Of a stretch of DNA of 64,000 nt, positions 62,363-64,000 are shown one piece after another. The stretch lies in the NCBI GenBank assembly GCA_963627065.1, contig CAVGAA010000003.1:52361-116360 (forward strand), written 5' to 3'. The translations under genes and the position numbers were made by a program. This DNA is from a bacterium (GTDB taxonomy: Bacteria > Bacillota > Clostridia > Oscillospirales > CAG-272). The notes under the pieces are model-generated. The model was given only the letters and a program-made list of their open reading frames with translations, did no database searches and was not told the DNA's origin. The stretch's first letter is position 1, and every line of letters starts with the position of its first letter.

Positions 62363-64000
62363 ATGAGAAACGAAAACAGAATTGTCAATATCATCTTCGA
62401 TGCAGGGAAAGGGGCAACTCCCCCCACCAGCCGAGAAGGAAAAGTCGGAGAGTCGTTCGGTTTGCTTCCGACACCCACCAAGAGCGGTTATAAATTTGTC
62501 GGTTGGGCAATCGGCGACAGTATCATTACCGCCGATAGCATCATCGAATCGGAAAGCGACATCCGTCTGACTGCAAAGTGGGAAAAACTGAATGCAAAAG
62601 AACGTCGCAAGACGGTCATGTGGAAACAGAAGATTTTTGCAGGGGCATTGGCTTTCGCAATTGTCTTCTTAACGGTCGCAATCCTCATTACCAACAAGGT
62701 GATAGCGGTTTACACGCTCAAAGACGAATATGTCGACAGCGAGGGCGTCACGCACACCGACAAATACAAAATCCGCAAGGATGCCGGCGAATATAAACTT
62801 TATGACCGTGACGGCAACCTTATGGAAAAAACCGAAAACGGTTACACATCCTCATCGGACAAAATTCGCTATGAAGTTTATGTTGCCGAGGCGAGCGGAA
62901 ACCAGTACCTGATTAACACATCGACCGGAGATTACGAAACCTATGCGGTCGTCGACTACGATGCCGAAAGCGGTGAATCGCTCGGCGGTACGGTCAAAAA
63001 CAAGCGGGTTATGATGTTCCCCCGTGTCGGTCAGGACAATACCTATTCCATTCAGGTCAAAAACCAATACGGCGAATACACGTTCATTCGTGAGAATGTC
63101 GAAAACACCTCATCGTCAAGCAGTAAGACCTATAAAACAACGGTTATGGTCAAGAAAGGGAGCGATTATGTCCTTGCTTCCTACGATCCGACCTTGTTCG
63201 CAAGCCTTTGCGTCAGTTGCGGTTACACCCTGACCATGCAGAAACTCGATTTCACAAATGCCGAAACGCCACGCAAAGAGGACGGCACGGTCGATTACAA
63301 CGCCTACGGGCTTGTCGACAGATATGACGAGAACGGAACGCTCACCTATTCGCCGGCAGTCTATACCATTGTAAAAGGCACTACGCAGGATGACGGTTCA
63401 ATGGTTGCATCTTCTGAAAGTTACACCGTAACGGTCGGCGACTGCATCCTTTCGGGCGGTGGTTACTACGTGCAGTTACAGGGCAGAGATGCCGTCTACA
63501 TTGTCAGTTCGACCATTGCGGACACGGTTCTCCAACCGGTCGAATCGCTCGTAACGCCTGCCTTGACTTACCCCATGTCGGTCAGTACCTATGTTATGGT
63601 TTACGATTTCGTCTTCGGTACGGTTGCAGATTTCAGCAAACTTTCCACCGATGACGATGAAGAATTCAAAAAGAACGTCAACATCAAGGTCATGTTCGAT
63701 TATGTCGACTTGGAAAAACGGCAGGACACCGTTTATTCGTCCTCTCCCTATTGGGTGACCAAAACGGGAGCGGCAAGTCTTGCGGACGGTTTCGTACTCG
63801 ACAATGACAGCGTGTCAACCGTACTCGGCAATTTCTATGAACTCGAATTCGTCGGTTGCAAAGTTCTCAACCCGACAGACGAAGACATCAAAGCATATAA
63901 TCTCGATAAGGATATCTACCTGATCCGCTTTAAGTACGATCCGCAGGTCGCATCGGGCGGTTCAGACGAGGAAAACTGGCAGGATAACTGGGTATTTATC
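62363..64000 (+). CDS. DUF4340-like protein with an N-terminal Listeria/Bacteroides-type (Flg_new-like) repeat; runs off the right edge
   Basis: Absent from the ORF track because there is no stop in the window. The frame from the ATG at 62363 stays open for 546 codons: MRNENRIVNIIFDAGKGATPPTSREGKVGESFGLLPTPTKSGYKFVGWAIGD...KWEKLNAKERRKTVMWKQKIFAGALAFAIVFLTVAILI... The DUF4340 call rests on its position after the GldG genes and on the single-TM-plus-beta-rich architecture. Confidence 0.6.
   Translation, partial: MRNENRIVNIIFDAGKGATPPTSREGKVGESFGLLPTPTKSGYKFVGWAIGDSIITADSIIESESDIRLTAKWEKLNAKERRKTVMWKQKIFAGALAFAIVFLTVAILITNKVIAVYTLKDEYVDSEGVTHTDKYKIRKDAGEYKLYDRDGNLMEKTENGYTSSSDKIRYEVYVAEASGNQYLINTSTGDYETYAVVDYDAESGESLGGTVKNKRVMMFPRVGQDNTYSIQVKNQYGEYTFIRENVENTSSSSSKTYKTTVMVKKGSDYVLASYDPTLFASLCVSCGYTLTMQKLDFTNAETPRKEDGTVDYNAYGLVDRYDENGTLTYSPAVYTIVKGTTQDDGSMVASSESYTVTVGDCILSGGGYYVQLQGRDAVYIVSSTIADTVLQPVESLVTPALTYPMSVSTYVMVYDFVFGTVADFSKLSTDDDEEFKKNVNIKVMFDYVDLEKRQDTVYSSSPYWVTKTGAASLADGFVLDNDSVSTVLGNFYELEFVGCKVLNPTDEDIKAYNLDKDIYLIRFKYDPQVASGGSDEENWQDNWVFI

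Noticed and set aside
62382-62570. Track ORFs 62382..62570 (+), 62578..62796 (+) and 62488..62697 (-) near the right end.
   Set aside because: They are out of frame with a 546-codon open frame starting at the ATG at 62363. That frame has a coherent domain pattern and runs to the window edge, so the short ORFs are shadows.
1-64000. Scan for mobile elements, prophage remnants, defence systems (RM, TA, Abi, CBASS, retron RT), CRISPR arrays, and tRNA or rRNA genes.
   Set aside because: I found no integrase, transposase, recombinase, reverse-transcriptase, nuclease-helicase or cas-like ORFs, no terminal inverted repeats, no regularly spaced repeats, and no cloverleaf-like sequences in the intergenic regions. 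The window looks like core chromosome.

Overview
This is a 64-kb chromosomal segment that reads as a Bacillota (Clostridia-like) core genome. The taxon call rests on the ctsR-mcsA-mcsB-clpC operon, GGAGG-type ribosome-binding sites and many perfect sigma-A promoters. About 50 CDS are supported, and almost all lie on the + strand after position 3446. I saw no rRNA, tRNA, CRISPR array, transposase, integrase or phage genes. Left to right, the window contains: the class III heat-shock operon with a CtsR-box array; an orphan ACP; comEC; an HtrA-type protease; HAD and PfkB sugar-phosphate genes; rsmE; a PucR-type regulator plus an S41 peptidase; greA; rlmB; a 1083-aa degenerate P-type-ATPase-like protein with a long repetitive N-terminus; a radical-SAM/DUF2344 fusion; a cation/proton antiporter; a TPP riboswitch with thiT; an ArsR/HMA/P1B-ATPase metal-efflux unit; a frameshifted EamA-type transporter; a 9-gene acyl-lipid operon (ACP, fused KS-CLF, fabG, fabZ, fabD, accD, accA, Isf-like flavoprotein, plsX); a rhodanese-TtcA fusion; a 13.8-kb, 7-gene operon (giant solute-binding protein, two MalF/MalG permease pairs, an NHL-TPR-Yip1 membrane protein, a 1276-aa secreted protein); NUDIX, DUF1934-like and DUF4097-like genes; dxs; DUF1836; and a GldA/F/G-like ABC-2 system with two GldG paralogs and a DUF4340-like protein. 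The three best candidates for undescribed biology are the 7-gene ABC/Yip1/giant-protein operon, the FASII-like operon that has no enoyl reductase and no FabH, and the degenerate P-type ATPase. All homology calls come from reading motifs by eye; no database search was run.
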